Shown piece after piece: positions 49,481-60,190 of a DNA stretch of 64,000 bases (position 1 is its first letter; each line of letters starts with the position of its first letter). Origin of the DNA: Atribacterota bacterium (GTDB lineage Bacteria; Atribacterota; Phoenicimicrobiia; Phoenicimicrobiales; Stramentimicrobiaceae); the NCBI GenBank assembly GCA_040767965.1, contig JAXGNR010000004.1:320001-384000 (forward strand), in the 5' to 3' direction. Under the pieces are notes generated by a model, which made no database searches, had not been told where the DNA came from, and worked only from the letters and a program-made list of their open reading frames with translations. The position numbers and the translations under genes were made by a program.

Positions 49481-50023
49481 ATGAGTAACCAATTAGGCTA
49501 TATTAACCCTGAAGATGTTGTTCGAAATGCAGTAGAATTAATGGCTTTATCAGCCCGAACCGCTCCTAAATCTGCAGGACAGGATTTCGTGGAGGTTAAG
49601 ATAATATATGGTGATAATGTCAAAAAATTAGGAGAAGAAATGATAAAGTATGGGCTGGAAAATAAAAAACGCAATTTTGACCGGGATGGCGAAAATGTAA
49701 AAAATTCTCCGGTAGTACTATTAATCGGCTTGAAAGATGCTGCACCTTTAGGTCTTAATTGTGGAGCATGTGGATATGATACTTGCGAAGAATGTAAAGA
49801 GCATGCCGGACCTGAATTTGACGGCCCCCAATGTGCTTTTAGAGTATTGGATATGGGCATAGCAATTGGATCAGCTGCTAAAATGGCCGGAATTTTAAGT
49901 ATAGACAATCGTATTATGTATAGAGCAGGGGCAGTTGCCAAAAAAATTGGGATAATAGATGCTAGTTTTGTAATGGGTATTCCGTTTTCAGTAACCGGAA
50001 AAAGTATTTATTTTGATAGATAA
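49481..50023 (+). CDS. Ferredoxin-domain protein (DUF2148 family)
   Basis: ARTAPK, NCGACGY..C, DMGIAIGSA, DNRIMY and KSIYFDR. Confidence 0.85.
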   Translation: MSNQLGYINPEDVVRNAVELMALSARTAPKSAGQDFVEVKIIYGDNVKKLGEEMIKYGLENKKRNFDRDGENVKNSPVVLLIGLKDAAPLGLNCGACGYDTCEECKEHAGPEFDGPQCAFRVLDMGIAIGSAAKMAGILSIDNRIMYRAGAVAKKIGIIDASFVMGIPFSVTGKSIYFDR

Positions 50024-50035
50024 ACTATCTTGAGA

Positions 50036-50083
50036 TGGGAAAAAAATTCACATATTATAATATAAGTAGGAAAATATTTCACA
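50036..50083 (+). promoter_or_regulatory. Two 17-bp putative enhancer (UAS) boxes
   Basis: TGGGAAAAAAATTCACA (50036) and TAGGAAAATATTTCACA (50067), 31 bp apart, upstream of a sigma54 promoter. Confidence 0.6.
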
Positions 50084-50231
50084 TTTAGATCAATAATTCA
50101 AGGAGAAATACTTTTAAAAAACCCAAAAAATAATTTGATTAGTTGTTAAGAATCATAATGTTGAAGCAAAATCTAGAGATAATCATAATATTATAAAAAT
50201 ATTAAAAAATTATTTGCAGAATAAATAATTG

Positions 50232-50247
50232 TGGCATAGGAATTGCT
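50232..50247 (+). promoter_or_regulatory. sigma54 promoter of htrA
   Basis: TGGCAT-AGGAA-TTGCT matches TGGCAC-N5-TTGC; a bEBP is encoded downstream. Confidence 0.78.
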
Positions 50248-50417
50248 TATTATTTAAGATAAGAATAAAAAATTATTTTAAAAAAGGAGATGATTCTTAT
50301 GTCAGAGGATTTTTATGATAAATAATATTTTTACAATTTGTTGCTTTTTTATAAAAAACATATCGAATTAAAAAACAGATAAATTTAAATTTCGATTAAA
50401 ACTAAGGAGGAAATATT

Positions 50418-51833
50418 ATGATAATTGATAAAATTAAAAAGAAACATAAACTTTGTATTGTATTATTACTTTTCTTGTTATCTTTTTCAAGCCTAAGTTT
50501 CGCACAACAATCACTAAAATCTCTTAGTGATGATATTGCTCGAATTTCTGAAACAGTTGGACCTGCAGTAGTAAATATTGATGTGGTACGCTATGTTGAT
50601 ACTTCACCTTTTAGCAGTAGATTCAGAGATCCTTTTTTTGATAGGTTTTTTGAACAGTTTGAAGAATTTAGAAGAAGAATTCCTCAAAAAGGTGCAGGAT
50701 CAGGTTTTATTGTAGATACCGAAGGTCATATTTTAACAAATGAACATGTCGTTCATAACGCAGAAGAGATAAAAGTAACTCTATCAGATGGAAGAGAATT
50801 TATTGGTGAAGTTATAGGATCTGATATGACTTCTGATATGGCTATTGTAAAGATTGATGCAAATGATCTCCCGGTTGCAAAACTAGGAGATTCTGATGCC
50901 TTAAGAGTTGGAGAAATAGTTATTGCTATTGGTAATCCTTATGGACTGGAAAAAACAGTTACCATGGGTGTGGTTAGTGCGAAAGATAGAAATATAAATG
51001 CTGGTTCAGAAGGTCAGGAGTACCGTAATCTTATTCAGACAGATACTGCTATTAACCCTGGCAATAGTGGAGGACCACTATTGAACACTGACGGAGAGGT
51101 TATCGGAATTAATACTGCTATTATCCCTTATGCTCAAGGTATTGGTTTTGCAATTCCTGTGAATGTTGCCAAAAGAAATCTGGAAGATCTAATAACTCTT
51201 GGAAAAGTAAGACGATCATGGCTTGGTGTTTATATTCAGGAAGTTACTCCAGAAATTGCTCAGCAGTTTGGCTTAGAAGAAGCTGAAGGCGTTTTGATAG
51301 GAGATGTAATTCCTGATAGCCCTGCTGAAGAATCTGGATTAGAAAGAGGAGATGTGATTGTATCGGTGAATGGAATTGAAGTTAATAATCCTCAAGAGCT
51401 ACAGGATGCTGTTCGTGATATTGAAATAGGACAACAAGCTCAGTTGTTAGTTAAGCGAGATGGCAGAGAATCAACTTTTTTAGTGGAAATTGCGGAAATG
51501 CCTTCTGATGAAAGAATAGAAACAAAAGAAAAAGTATTTTCAGTACAAACAGGATTACGGGTAGAAAAAGTAACTCCTGAAATAGCTCAGGAAGCCAATT
51601 TGCCCTGGGTTAAGGGATTGGTCATAACAGATGTTGTTCCTGGCAGTTCTGCTGATGAGAGAGGATTAAGAAGCGGAGACATAATATTGGAAGCAAACAG
51701 AAGAGAAGTTTCTAACCTGGAAGATTGGGAGGAAATAATTAGCGGTTTGAAAGCCGGAGATACCTTCCTTTTGCTTGTTTACAGGGATAGTCATACATAT
51801 TATGTGCCTGTAAAAATAGAAGAGCTAGAGTAA
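50418..51833 (+). CDS. htrA: Do/DegP family serine endopeptidase with two PDZ domains
   Basis: Signal peptide; GSGF, TNEHV, DMA and INPGNSGGPL; two PDZ domains. Confidence 0.93.
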   Translation: MIIDKIKKKHKLCIVLLLFLLSFSSLSFAQQSLKSLSDDIARISETVGPAVVNIDVVRYVDTSPFSSRFRDPFFDRFFEQFEEFRRRIPQKGAGSGFIVDTEGHILTNEHVVHNAEEIKVTLSDGREFIGEVIGSDMTSDMAIVKIDANDLPVAKLGDSDALRVGEIVIAIGNPYGLEKTVTMGVVSAKDRNINAGSEGQEYRNLIQTDTAINPGNSGGPLLNTDGEVIGINTAIIPYAQGIGFAIPVNVAKRNLEDLITLGKVRRSWLGVYIQEVTPEIAQQFGLEEAEGVLIGDVIPDSPAEESGLERGDVIVSVNGIEVNNPQELQDAVRDIEIGQQAQLLVKRDGRESTFLVEIAEMPSDERIETKEKVFSVQTGLRVEKVTPEIAQEANLPWVKGLVITDVVPGSSADERGLRSGDIILEANRREVSNLEDWEEIISGLKAGDTFLLLVYRDSHTYYVPVKIEELE

Positions 51834-51848
51834 AAGTAATTTTTTCCT

Positions 51849-51883
51849 AAAAAAGAGAACTGGTTTTGCCGGTTCTCTTTTTT
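51849..51883 (+). terminator. Intrinsic terminator after htrA
   Basis: AAAAGAGAACTGG-loop-CCGGTTCTCTTTT. Confidence 0.75.
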
Positions 51884-51950
51884 ATTAATTTTTGATTATT
51901 AAAATTATTTAAATTTCTGAGTAATGAGAAAATATAATTAGATCAGTGTT

Positions 51951-53639
51951 ATGTTAAATATAAAAATTACAGCTCAAAAAAATAATATATATATTGTGAT
52001 AATCTTTGCATTGCTTTTTATCTTCATATTAGGTTATATAAGTTATTATGAGCTACAAAGGGAAAAAAATTACTTATGGGAATTAGCCCGAGTTGAAGGG
52101 TTAAATATTGCCTTTTCGATACAAACACTTGGCTCAGAATTTATACTGGATAGGGATATCTTATTAGAAGTGCTGGATTTGTTCCAGAAGGAAGGAATAA
52201 CCTTTATAGATGTGGTGGACAGGAGTGGTTCTGTCAGATTAAGCACTTCAGAACAAAGGGTAAATCATAATATAAAAATTAATTATCCAGGGACAATAAA
52301 TTATTTGCAAACAGTTGGTGCAGATAATCAAAGAATTCTACAAATTATCAAGCCTTTCGATTTTGATGATCGTTTTTCCTCTGATCTGTTTGGATACTTG
52401 TTTTTGAGAGATAAGTATTTATTAATTGGCATTAACATGGAAAGTTATTATGCTCGCTATGACCAGATAAAGCAAAGAATTTTCTTCAATTATCTGGTCA
52501 TTTTAATTATGTTATTATTTGGAATTTATACGATATTTAAATTACAGGAAAATCTCGTAGTAAAAAGGACTTTGCAAAATATTCAGGATTATACTACAAA
52601 ACTACTGGAAAATATGGATAGCGGAGTAATATCAGTAGATGAAAACAATATTATAAGAACTTTCAACCAGAAAAGTGAACAAATATTTCAGTTGACAAGA
52701 TCTGAAGTTCTGGGAGAAGATGCTGAAAAAGTATTGCCTATCAAAATATTGGGAACATCTCTTTATCAGTTAGGTTTGCTGGAAAAAAAGAAAATTGAAC
52801 AGGAAATTGAACTAAAAACAAACTCCAGCAGTAAAAAAATATTAGAAATAAACACATCTCTACTAACTGGAGAAAATGGAAAAAATAATGGAATGGTAAT
52901 TTTAGTAAGAGATATAAGTCAAATTAAAAAATTAGCAGAAGAAATTAACAGGAACAAAAGACTTACCTCTCTGGGGAAATTATCAAGTGGAATTGCTCAT
53001 GAAATAAGAAATCCTCTTAGCTCTATCAGGGGTTTAACTCAGTTCTTGCAGCAATCTTTTGCTGAAAATGATGAAAGGAAAAACGATGCCCGCATTATCC
53101 TGCAGGAAACAGACAGACTAAATCAATTAGTAACACAAATACTGGATTATTCACGACCAAAAAAATTGAGTATTAATGATTTTGTTCTAGCGGAAATGTT
53201 AGATGAATTAATACATTTATTGCAATCAGAAGAAAAAAATAAAGAGATTTCTTTTCAATTAAAAGAAAAACAAAAAAGTATCCATCTGGAAGGAGACCAG
53301 GATCAATTAAAGCAGGCATTCCTTAATATCATTATCAACTCAACTCAGTCTATAAATGGGAAAGGGGATATTATCATCTCCCTGGATAAACAGCTTATTG
53401 AAGAAAAAGAGATGGTATATGTTACAATTAAAGATAATGGTATTGGAATAGCCAGCCATGATTTAGTCCATATTTTTGATCCCTTTTTTACCAGCAAAGA
53501 AAACGGTTACGGTTTAGGCTTATCCATAGCTTATAATATAATAGAAACACATCAAGGCAGCATCAAGGTTGAATCAGAAAAAGGAGCAGGCACAAAAATA
53601 GAGATTATTCTGCCTGCAAGGAGCACAAGAAATGAATAA
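51951..53639 (+). CDS. Sensor histidine kinase with PAS domain (ZraS/AtoS-like)
   Basis: Two TMs, PAS, AHEIRNPL, N box, DNGIG, FDPFFTSK and GLGL. Confidence 0.92.
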   Translation: MLNIKITAQKNNIYIVIIFALLFIFILGYISYYELQREKNYLWELARVEGLNIAFSIQTLGSEFILDRDILLEVLDLFQKEGITFIDVVDRSGSVRLSTSEQRVNHNIKINYPGTINYLQTVGADNQRILQIIKPFDFDDRFSSDLFGYLFLRDKYLLIGINMESYYARYDQIKQRIFFNYLVILIMLLFGIYTIFKLQENLVVKRTLQNIQDYTTKLLENMDSGVISVDENNIIRTFNQKSEQIFQLTRSEVLGEDAEKVLPIKILGTSLYQLGLLEKKKIEQEIELKTNSSSKKILEINTSLLTGENGKNNGMVILVRDISQIKKLAEEINRNKRLTSLGKLSSGIAHEIRNPLSSIRGLTQFLQQSFAENDERKNDARIILQETDRLNQLVTQILDYSRPKKLSINDFVLAEMLDELIHLLQSEEKNKEISFQLKEKQKSIHLEGDQDQLKQAFLNIIINSTQSINGKGDIIISLDKQLIEEKEMVYVTIKDNGIGIASHDLVHIFDPFFTSKENGYGLGLSIAYNIIETHQGSIKVESEKGAGTKIEIILPARSTRNE

Positions 53640-54987
53640 AATACTGGTAGTAGATGATGAAATAAATATTCGCCTGATGTTAAAAAGAGTTCTTTCTCAG
53701 GAACAATATTTAATAGACGAAGCATCCAATGGTGAGGAGGCATTGCAAAAAATATCCCGGGAAAAATATAGCGCTATTTTACTAGATTTAAAAATGCCAA
53801 AATTGAATGGTTTGCAGGTTATTGCCAGAATGAAAGAATTGGATATCAATATACCTGTTGTCATGATGTCTGCTTATGGTACTGTACCGGAAGCTGTAGA
53901 GGCGATGAAATTAGGAGCATTTGATTATATAGTAAAACCTTTTGATTTGGATGAATTAAAAATATCTCTAGCGCGCATGCTTACCCAATATGATTTAAAA
54001 AATGAAAATCAATATTACAGGGAAGAAGAAGACAAACGTTTTAATTTTAAAGAGATTATTCATCAAAGTAGTGCCATGCAGAAAGTATTGGAAATGATAA
54101 AAAAGGTAGCTCCTTTGCCCACTACGGTTATGATAAATGGTGAAAGCGGAACAGGTAAAGAATTAGTGGCCAGAGCTATCCATAAAAATAGTCCTCGAAG
54201 AGAAAAACCATTTGTGGTAGCTAACTGTGTTGCTTTTTCCCCCAGCATTCTGGAAAGTGAATTATTTGGTCATGAAAAAGGAGCATTTACTGGAGCTAAT
54301 AGCAGAAGGATCGGTAGATTTGAAATTGCCCATAATGGGAGTATCTTTTTAGATGAAATTGCTGAAATAAGTTTACTGACACAGGCTAAATTATTAAGAG
54401 TTGTTCAGGAAAAAGAATTTGAAAGAGTCGGGAGTTCAACTAGTATAAAGGTAGATACCAGAATTGTAGCTGCAACTAACAAGGATCTGAAAAAAGAAGT
54501 AGATGGCAAAAAATTTCGAGAAGATCTATATTATCGTTTGCATGTTTTTCAAATAACGATACCTCCTTTAAGAGAAAGAAAAGAAGATATACCCTTATTG
54601 GTTTCCCATTTTATTCAAAAATACAACCAGATTTTAAATAAACGTATTGGTGATATTTCTCCAACAGCTCTGACCTCTTTGCTTAGTTATTCTTTTCCAG
54701 GCAATGTAAGAGAATTAGAAAATATAATTGAAAGAGCTATGATAATGTGCAGCCAAAATATTATTGAGCAAGACTTGCTTTTCTTCTATGATACGGCAGG
54801 TACTTCTCTGACAAACAACCATTCAAGTCTATCTTTAAAGGAAATGGAAAAGGAAATGATTAAAAAACAGTTGCAGGAAAACAAAGGAAACCGTACTAGA
54901 ACAGCACAAATACTGGGAATCAGCAGAAGGAGTTTACATTCAAAAATAAAAGAGTATCATATTGATATACCTAAAGCTAATGAATAA
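53632..54987 (+). CDS. sigma54-dependent response regulator (NtrC/ZraR family)
   Basis: Receiver VVDDE...LLDLKMP; GESGTGKE, ESELFGHEKGAFTGA and PGNVREL; Fis-type HTH. Confidence 0.95.
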   Translation: MNKILVVDDEINIRLMLKRVLSQEQYLIDEASNGEEALQKISREKYSAILLDLKMPKLNGLQVIARMKELDINIPVVMMSAYGTVPEAVEAMKLGAFDYIVKPFDLDELKISLARMLTQYDLKNENQYYREEEDKRFNFKEIIHQSSAMQKVLEMIKKVAPLPTTVMINGESGTGKELVARAIHKNSPRREKPFVVANCVAFSPSILESELFGHEKGAFTGANSRRIGRFEIAHNGSIFLDEIAEISLLTQAKLLRVVQEKEFERVGSSTSIKVDTRIVAATNKDLKKEVDGKKFREDLYYRLHVFQITIPPLRERKEDIPLLVSHFIQKYNQILNKRIGDISPTALTSLLSYSFPGNVRELENIIERAMIMCSQNIIEQDLLFFYDTAGTSLTNNHSSLSLKEMEKEMIKKQLQENKGNRTRTAQILGISRRSLHSKIKEYHIDIPKANE

Positions 54988-55021
54988 AAAGTCTATCTTG
55001 TCAATCAATAGGAGAAATAAT

Positions 55022-55789
55022 ATGTTATTAGTAATTGATGTGGGAAACACTCATACCGTAATAGGAATATATAAAGATAAAAATTTAATAGGACATTGGC
55101 GCATCTCTACGGACTTAAAAAAAACTGAAGATGAACTGGCCATGTTATTTATAAACCTGTTAAACCAAAAGGGATTATCCTACAATAATATAAAGGCAAT
55201 AGCCATCTCCTGTGTAGTTCCTTCTTTAACATGGACATTAAACAAGATGGCGAAAAATTATTTTCAAGTCCGGCCGATTTTGGTAAATACTGACCTAAAA
55301 CTAAATATTAATATCAAAACAGATTACCCGCAAGAACTAGGTGCTGACAGAATAGTAAACGCAGTAGCCGTCTCCTCTTTATACAGTTTGCCTGCAATTA
55401 TAATTGATTTTGGAACTGCTACTACTTTTTGTGCCCTTGATAAAGATAAAAACTATATTGGCGGAGCCATTGCTCCTGGATTATATTTATCAGGAGAGGC
55501 CTTATTTAAAAGGACTGCCAAACTACCTGAAGTGGAATTAACCAAGCCAGCCCAGGCTATTGGTAAAAATACGATTCATTCCATTCAATCAGGAGTGTAC
55601 CTGGGCCATATTGGATTAGCCAAAGAAATTGTTTTGCTCTTTAAGCAAGAGCTGGATGGGGAACCCCTGGTAATTGCAACTGGCGGACTGGCTGAATTAT
55701 TTGCTAAAAGCTGCACAGTAATTAGTATAGTTGATCCCTTCCTAACTCTTAAAGGATTGCAGATAATCCACCAATTGAATAGTCAATAG
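55022..55789 (+). CDS. coaX: Type III pantothenate kinase
   Basis: IDVGNT, LGADR, IDFGTATT and GGAIAPG. Start set after AGGAG. Confidence 0.95.
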   Translation: MLLVIDVGNTHTVIGIYKDKNLIGHWRISTDLKKTEDELAMLFINLLNQKGLSYNNIKAIAISCVVPSLTWTLNKMAKNYFQVRPILVNTDLKLNINIKTDYPQELGADRIVNAVAVSSLYSLPAIIIDFGTATTFCALDKDKNYIGGAIAPGLYLSGEALFKRTAKLPEVELTKPAQAIGKNTIHSIQSGVYLGHIGLAKEIVLLFKQELDGEPLVIATGGLAELFAKSCTVISIVDPFLTLKGLQIIHQLNSQ

Positions 55790-55825
55790 TTAACGGAATA
55801 ATAGTATATTATGATAGCTATTTAA

Positions 55826-55854
55826 TTGACATCTAAATTGATAAAAGATAAGAT
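55826..55854 (+). promoter_or_regulatory. sigma70-type promoter of guaB
   Basis: TTGACA-17bp-TAAGAT. Confidence 0.6.
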
Positions 55855-55919
55855 AGATAAAAATTTATTCAAAAACAAATTATCATTAAATATAAATTTT
55901 TGAAGAAGGGATTATAAAT

Positions 55920-57386
55920 ATGTGGAAAGATAAATTGATCAAAGAAGAAGGGCTAACATTTGATGATGTGCTTTTAATTCCGCAATACTCTAAATTGATT
56001 CCAAAAGAGGTCGATCTAACCACATCACTATCCAGACATATTCAACTAAATATTCCTTTATCCAGTGCTGCCATGGATAAAGTAACCGAATCAAGACTAG
56101 CTATTGCTTTAGCACGTGAAGGAGGCATTGGAATCATTCATAGGAATATGCCTATTGAAAAACAAGCTCATGAAGTTGATAGGGTAAAACGTTCAGAAAG
56201 TGGAATTATATTTGAACCTATTTCTTTAACTGAAGATAAAAAAGTCAAAGATGCTTTAGCATTGATGCAGCATTATCACATTTCCGGTATCCCGATTATT
56301 AATAAAGATAATCTGCTGGTGGGGATATTGACAAACAGGGATATCCGCTTTTTAGAGGATCTTGAAACACCCATCGGTGAAGTAATGACCAGAGAGCCTC
56401 TCATTACCGGGCAAGTGGGAACCACTTTAGAAGAAGCGAAGAAAGTATTATATAAAAATCGTATTGAAAAATTACCCCTGGTAGATCAGAATTATATTTT
56501 AAAAGGATTAATTACCATCAAGGATATTGAAAAAGTAAGACAATATCCCAATGCTTGTAAGGATAAAAATGGAAGATTAAGGGTAGGGGCAGCAGTTGGT
56601 GTATCTGTTGATACCATGCAAAGAGTGGAAGCTCTTGCTAAAGCACATGTTGATGTAATAGTAGTTGATACTGCCCATGCAGATTCTAAGAGAGTATTAA
56701 ATACTATTAAAGAAATTAAAAAGAAGTTTACCATAGAGCTGATCGGGGGAAATGTTGCTACTTATGAAGGTTCTAAACGCTTAATTGAAGCTGGTGTAGA
56801 TGCAGTTAAGGTAGGCATTGGACCTGGCTCTATTTGTACTACCAGAGTTGTAACAGGAGTTGGAGTACCTCAGGTGTATGCCATCAAAGAGTGTTCCAAA
56901 GCCTGCAGGGAAAACAATGTACCATTGATTGCTGATGGCGGTATCAGATATTCAGGTGATATTGCTAAAGCTATTGCTGTTGGAGCAGATTCAGTAATGA
57001 TAGGAAGCCTTTTTGCTGGCACTGAAGAAAGTCCTGGTGAAGTTGTACTTTACAAGGGAAGAAGTTACAAGGAATATCGAGGCATGGGTTCAGTAGGAGC
57101 CATGAAAGAAGGAAGTAAAGACCGTTATTTCCAGGAAGATAATGAAAATGCTAAGTTAGTACCAGAAGGCATTGAAGGAAGAGTTCCTTATAAAGGTTCA
57201 TTATCTAATTGTGTTTTACAAATGATGGGTGGACTAAGAGCAGGGATGTCTTATTGTGGGGCAAAAAACATAGAGGAAATGCATGAAAAAAGCCGTCTTT
57301 TAAAAATATCTAATGCCGGACTGAAAGAAGGACATCCTCACGATATTATCATAACCAAAGAAGCTCCTAACTACGAGATAGAATAA
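55920..57386 (+). CDS. guaB: IMP dehydrogenase (with CBS domains)
   Basis: [30 protein letters not shown] and VPEGIEG. Confidence 0.97.
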   Translation: MWKDKLIKEEGLTFDDVLLIPQYSKLIPKEVDLTTSLSRHIQLNIPLSSAAMDKVTESRLAIALAREGGIGIIHRNMPIEKQAHEVDRVKRSESGIIFEPISLTEDKKVKDALALMQHYHISGIPIINKDNLLVGILTNRDIRFLEDLETPIGEVMTREPLITGQVGTTLEEAKKVLYKNRIEKLPLVDQNYILKGLITIKDIEKVRQYPNACKDKNGRLRVGAAVGVSVDTMQRVEALAKAHVDVIVVDTAHADSKRVLNTIKEIKKKFTIELIGGNVATYEGSKRLIEAGVDAVKVGIGPGSICTTRVVTGVGVPQVYAIKECSKACRENNVPLIADGGIRYSGDIAKAIAVGADSVMIGSLFAGTEESPGEVVLYKGRSYKEYRGMGSVGAMKEGSKDRYFQEDNENAKLVPEGIEGRVPYKGSLSNCVLQMMGGLRAGMSYCGAKNIEEMHEKSRLLKISNAGLKEGHPHDIIITKEAPNYEIE

Positions 57387-57440
57387 AACTTTGATATGAA
57401 TTCCCTTAAAATTAAAGTAAAAAGAAGTGTTCACTAAATA

Positions 57441-58004
57441 ATGAATAAAAAAAATATTATTTCAACTAAAAACATAGCAATTGTTGGCCTTTTAATAGCA
57501 ATGAGTATAGTGCTTACCCGATTGGCCAGTATCAGAATTGCAATTGGAGGAGTAGAAGGTATTCGAATTGGTTTTGGAAAACTACCCATTGTTCTTGGCG
57601 GATTTATCCTTGGACCTGTCTATGGAGCATTTATTGGAGCTATTGCTGATATTGTAGGGTATATCATTCAGCCTATAGGCCCTTATATGCCACACTTTTC
57701 AGTTATTTCAGCATTAAATGGTTTTCTACCCATAACAATTCTGCATTTAATTGGAGGAGAAGAAGATTATCAGCTATTTAAAATGGCTGTTGCTATCGGA
57801 ATAAGTATTTTTGTAAACGATTTACTTTTTCTGCCATACTCTTTGCATTTGCTTTTCGGTATTCCGTGGAATATACTTATAATTCCACGATTGTTTAGTG
57901 TTCCTGTGACTATTGTTTTGTATACCTATATAGCACATGTATTTAAAAATAGGAATGTTATCCAGTTTAAGCAAAATCATCAACGCTTTAGAAGTTTTTT
58001 CTAA
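57441..58004 (+). CDS. folT: ECF transporter S component, folate family
   Basis: AMSIVLTR, IRIGF, GPVYGA.IGAIADIVG and GPYMPHF; six TMs. Confidence 0.75.
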   Translation: MNKKNIISTKNIAIVGLLIAMSIVLTRLASIRIAIGGVEGIRIGFGKLPIVLGGFILGPVYGAFIGAIADIVGYIIQPIGPYMPHFSVISALNGFLPITILHLIGGEEDYQLFKMAVAIGISIFVNDLLFLPYSLHLLFGIPWNILIIPRLFSVPVTIVLYTYIAHVFKNRNVIQFKQNHQRFRSFF

Positions 58005-58188
58005 AATAATCAAAGATCATATATAATTTTTTTGAAATAATTTGAAATAATCTGAAAATAAATATCATTTTTATTAGAAATTTAGTATAATATTTGTTAT
58101 AATTAATAAAACTTTACAAAAGAAATTTTTTTTTAACTTTAAATTAGTACTAGCTACTAATAGAACAATATAATAACAGGAGGAATAT

Positions 58189-58614
58189 ATGGCAGAATTT
58201 AATTTAAAAAAAGGATTAAAGGGATTAGCGCAAATAGTGGTTAATTATGGCAATATGGCTGGTAGATTTTCTAATCCTATGCCACAATCTTTTGCTACAC
58301 CAATGCTGGTATCTTTATTCGATAATGCTGCTATTGAAGCAGTAAAAAGAAAGTTGCCCGCAGAATATATTACAGTCGCTACTTCTATTAACATTAAACA
58401 TTTTACTCCAACTCCGGAAGGTATGACTGTAACCGCTGAAGCTGAATTAAAGGAGATCATCCAAAATAGGCTGATTTTTAAGGTAGAAGCTTTTGATGAA
58501 TTGGAAATAATTGCTACAGGAGAAGTTGAAAGGCATATTATCAACCTGGATAAATTTACCAAAAATGTAATAGAAAAAAAGAAACATCTGGAAATTCCAT
58601 CTCTGGTAACTTGA
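58189..58614 (+). CDS. Hot-dog thioesterase (FlK/fluoroacetyl-CoA thioesterase family)
   Basis: FATP, IKH..PTPEG and F.VEAFD. Confidence 0.8.
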   Translation: MAEFNLKKGLKGLAQIVVNYGNMAGRFSNPMPQSFATPMLVSLFDNAAIEAVKRKLPAEYITVATSINIKHFTPTPEGMTVTAEAELKEIIQNRLIFKVEAFDELEIIATGEVERHIINLDKFTKNVIEKKKHLEIPSLVT

Positions 58615-58675
58615 CTGGCTTTGTAAAACTAATTACTGTGTAATAAAGTATTGCCTTAAGAAGAGGTCCAGTTTT

Positions 58676-59593
58676 ATGGCCAAAAAATTTAAAATCGGCC
58701 TTGCTTTAGGTGGAGGAGGAGCTCGAGGGCTGGCTCATGTTGGTATTATTCAGGAATTGGAAAATTCAGGCATTCCTATTGATTTTATTGCAGGTACTTC
58801 AGTTGGTTCAGTAGTAGGGGTTTATTATGCGCTTTATCAGGATAGCAAACAACTAAAGGCAACGGCCTTGCAGATAGCCCAACAGCTGTCACAGATCAGT
58901 AATCAATTTGATTTTAGCCAATTGCAACAGAAAGATAGAAAAACTCTACCATGGGGAAGATTAACCGAGTTTATTAAAAAAGGCTATTATTTACATTCCG
59001 AGTTAAGGAAAATATGTTTGAATGATGGTAGAGTGTTAAAAAATCTTTTAGATAAGTTTTTGAAAGACTACCAATTTTCAGATACTAAAATACCTTTTTA
59101 TGCAGTAACTGCTGATTTGATAAGCGGAAAAGAGGTAGTTCTTAAAGATGGTCCACTTGTAAAAGCTATTTTAGCCAGTTGCGCTATACCTGGAATATTT
59201 CCTCCGATAGAATACCCAGACCAATTGCTGATTGATGGAGGAATTGTTAATAATGTGCCTGTGGATATTGTAAAAAATATGGGTGCAGATTTTGTGATTG
59301 CCTGTAATTTAAATAGAGAACTAAAAAGAAAGACCACATTTAAAAATGCCATCGATATTTTGTTTCGTTCTGAAGAGATAACTTCTAAAAAATTGAGAAA
59401 AATTCAACTACAGAATGCAGATTTTATAATAGCTCCGGAAATCCACCACATTGACTGGTGGAATTTTAGGAAACCGGAGCATTGTATTTTATTAGGGGCA
59501 GAAGCAACCAGAAAAATGGTTCCATATTTACAGAAGGTTTTGCAGAGTAGAATGCGTTCTGCAAGTATAAGAAGGTTTTTATTTAAGTATTAG
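58676..59593 (+). CDS. Patatin-like phospholipase (RssA-like)
   Basis: [24 protein letters not shown] and DGG. Confidence 0.92.
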   Translation: MAKKFKIGLALGGGGARGLAHVGIIQELENSGIPIDFIAGTSVGSVVGVYYALYQDSKQLKATALQIAQQLSQISNQFDFSQLQQKDRKTLPWGRLTEFIKKGYYLHSELRKICLNDGRVLKNLLDKFLKDYQFSDTKIPFYAVTADLISGKEVVLKDGPLVKAILASCAIPGIFPPIEYPDQLLIDGGIVNNVPVDIVKNMGADFVIACNLNRELKRKTTFKNAIDILFRSEEITSKKLRKIQLQNADFIIAPEIHHIDWWNFRKPEHCILLGAEATRKMVPYLQKVLQSRMRSASIRRFLFKY

Positions 59594-59891
59594 TGCTAGC
59601 TGTTTCTTTCTTTGTTTTACCAGTCACAGATTTGCCTTCAGCAATTGCCTTGTCATTATTTTTTTCAGTTTTTTTGCTTGTTGAAAGTTTATTGTCTTTA
59701 GGAATACTGGATTTTCGGTTATCAGTACTATAATAACCGCTACCTTTTAAAATAAAACTACCATTTTTACTTATTAAGCGACATACTTCACCATCACACT
59801 TAGGACATTTTTTTAAAGGATTTGCCTTGATGGATTGAAATTTTTCAAAAACATGACCACATTTTTTGCATTGATATTCATAAGTTGGCAT
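59583..59891 (-). CDS. FmdB-family zinc-ribbon protein
   Basis: [13 protein letters not shown]...CPKC...KGSGYYSTD; Lys-rich tail. Confidence 0.9.
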   Translation of the reverse strand: MPTYEYQCKKCGHVFEKFQSIKANPLKKCPKCDGEVCRLISKNGSFILKGSGYYSTDNRKSSIPKDNKLSTSKKTEKNNDKAIAEGKSVTGKTKKETASTNT

Positions 59892-60110
59892 ATTCCTTGA
59901 TTCCTCCCATTCTTATCTAAAAATCTTTCCGTATCTCTCAAATATAAAATATTATTCCATTTTGTTTTATTTGTCAAGATACATTATGGCTTTGCCTTAT
60001 TTGAAGCTAGAGAATCAAAAAAGACTATATTTTATTTAATATACGCCTTTGTTAGGCATTGAAACATTTCATTTTTAGTAAAAAACAAAAAGAATACCCA
60101 AGCAAATATA

Positions 60111-60139
60111 TTGACAATAATCTAGTAATTTATTATTCT
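60111..60139 (+). promoter_or_regulatory. sigma70-type promoter of the TAXI-TRAP operon
   Basis: TTGACA-17bp-TATTCT. Confidence 0.6.
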
Positions 60140-60190
60140 AAAAAGAATAGAAAAGAATATTTTATCAAAAAAAAGAAGGAGGAATATTAA

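Noticed and set aside
55790-57440. Purine riboswitch before guaB and THF riboswitch before folT
   Set aside because: The leaders are short and lack the consensus motifs.
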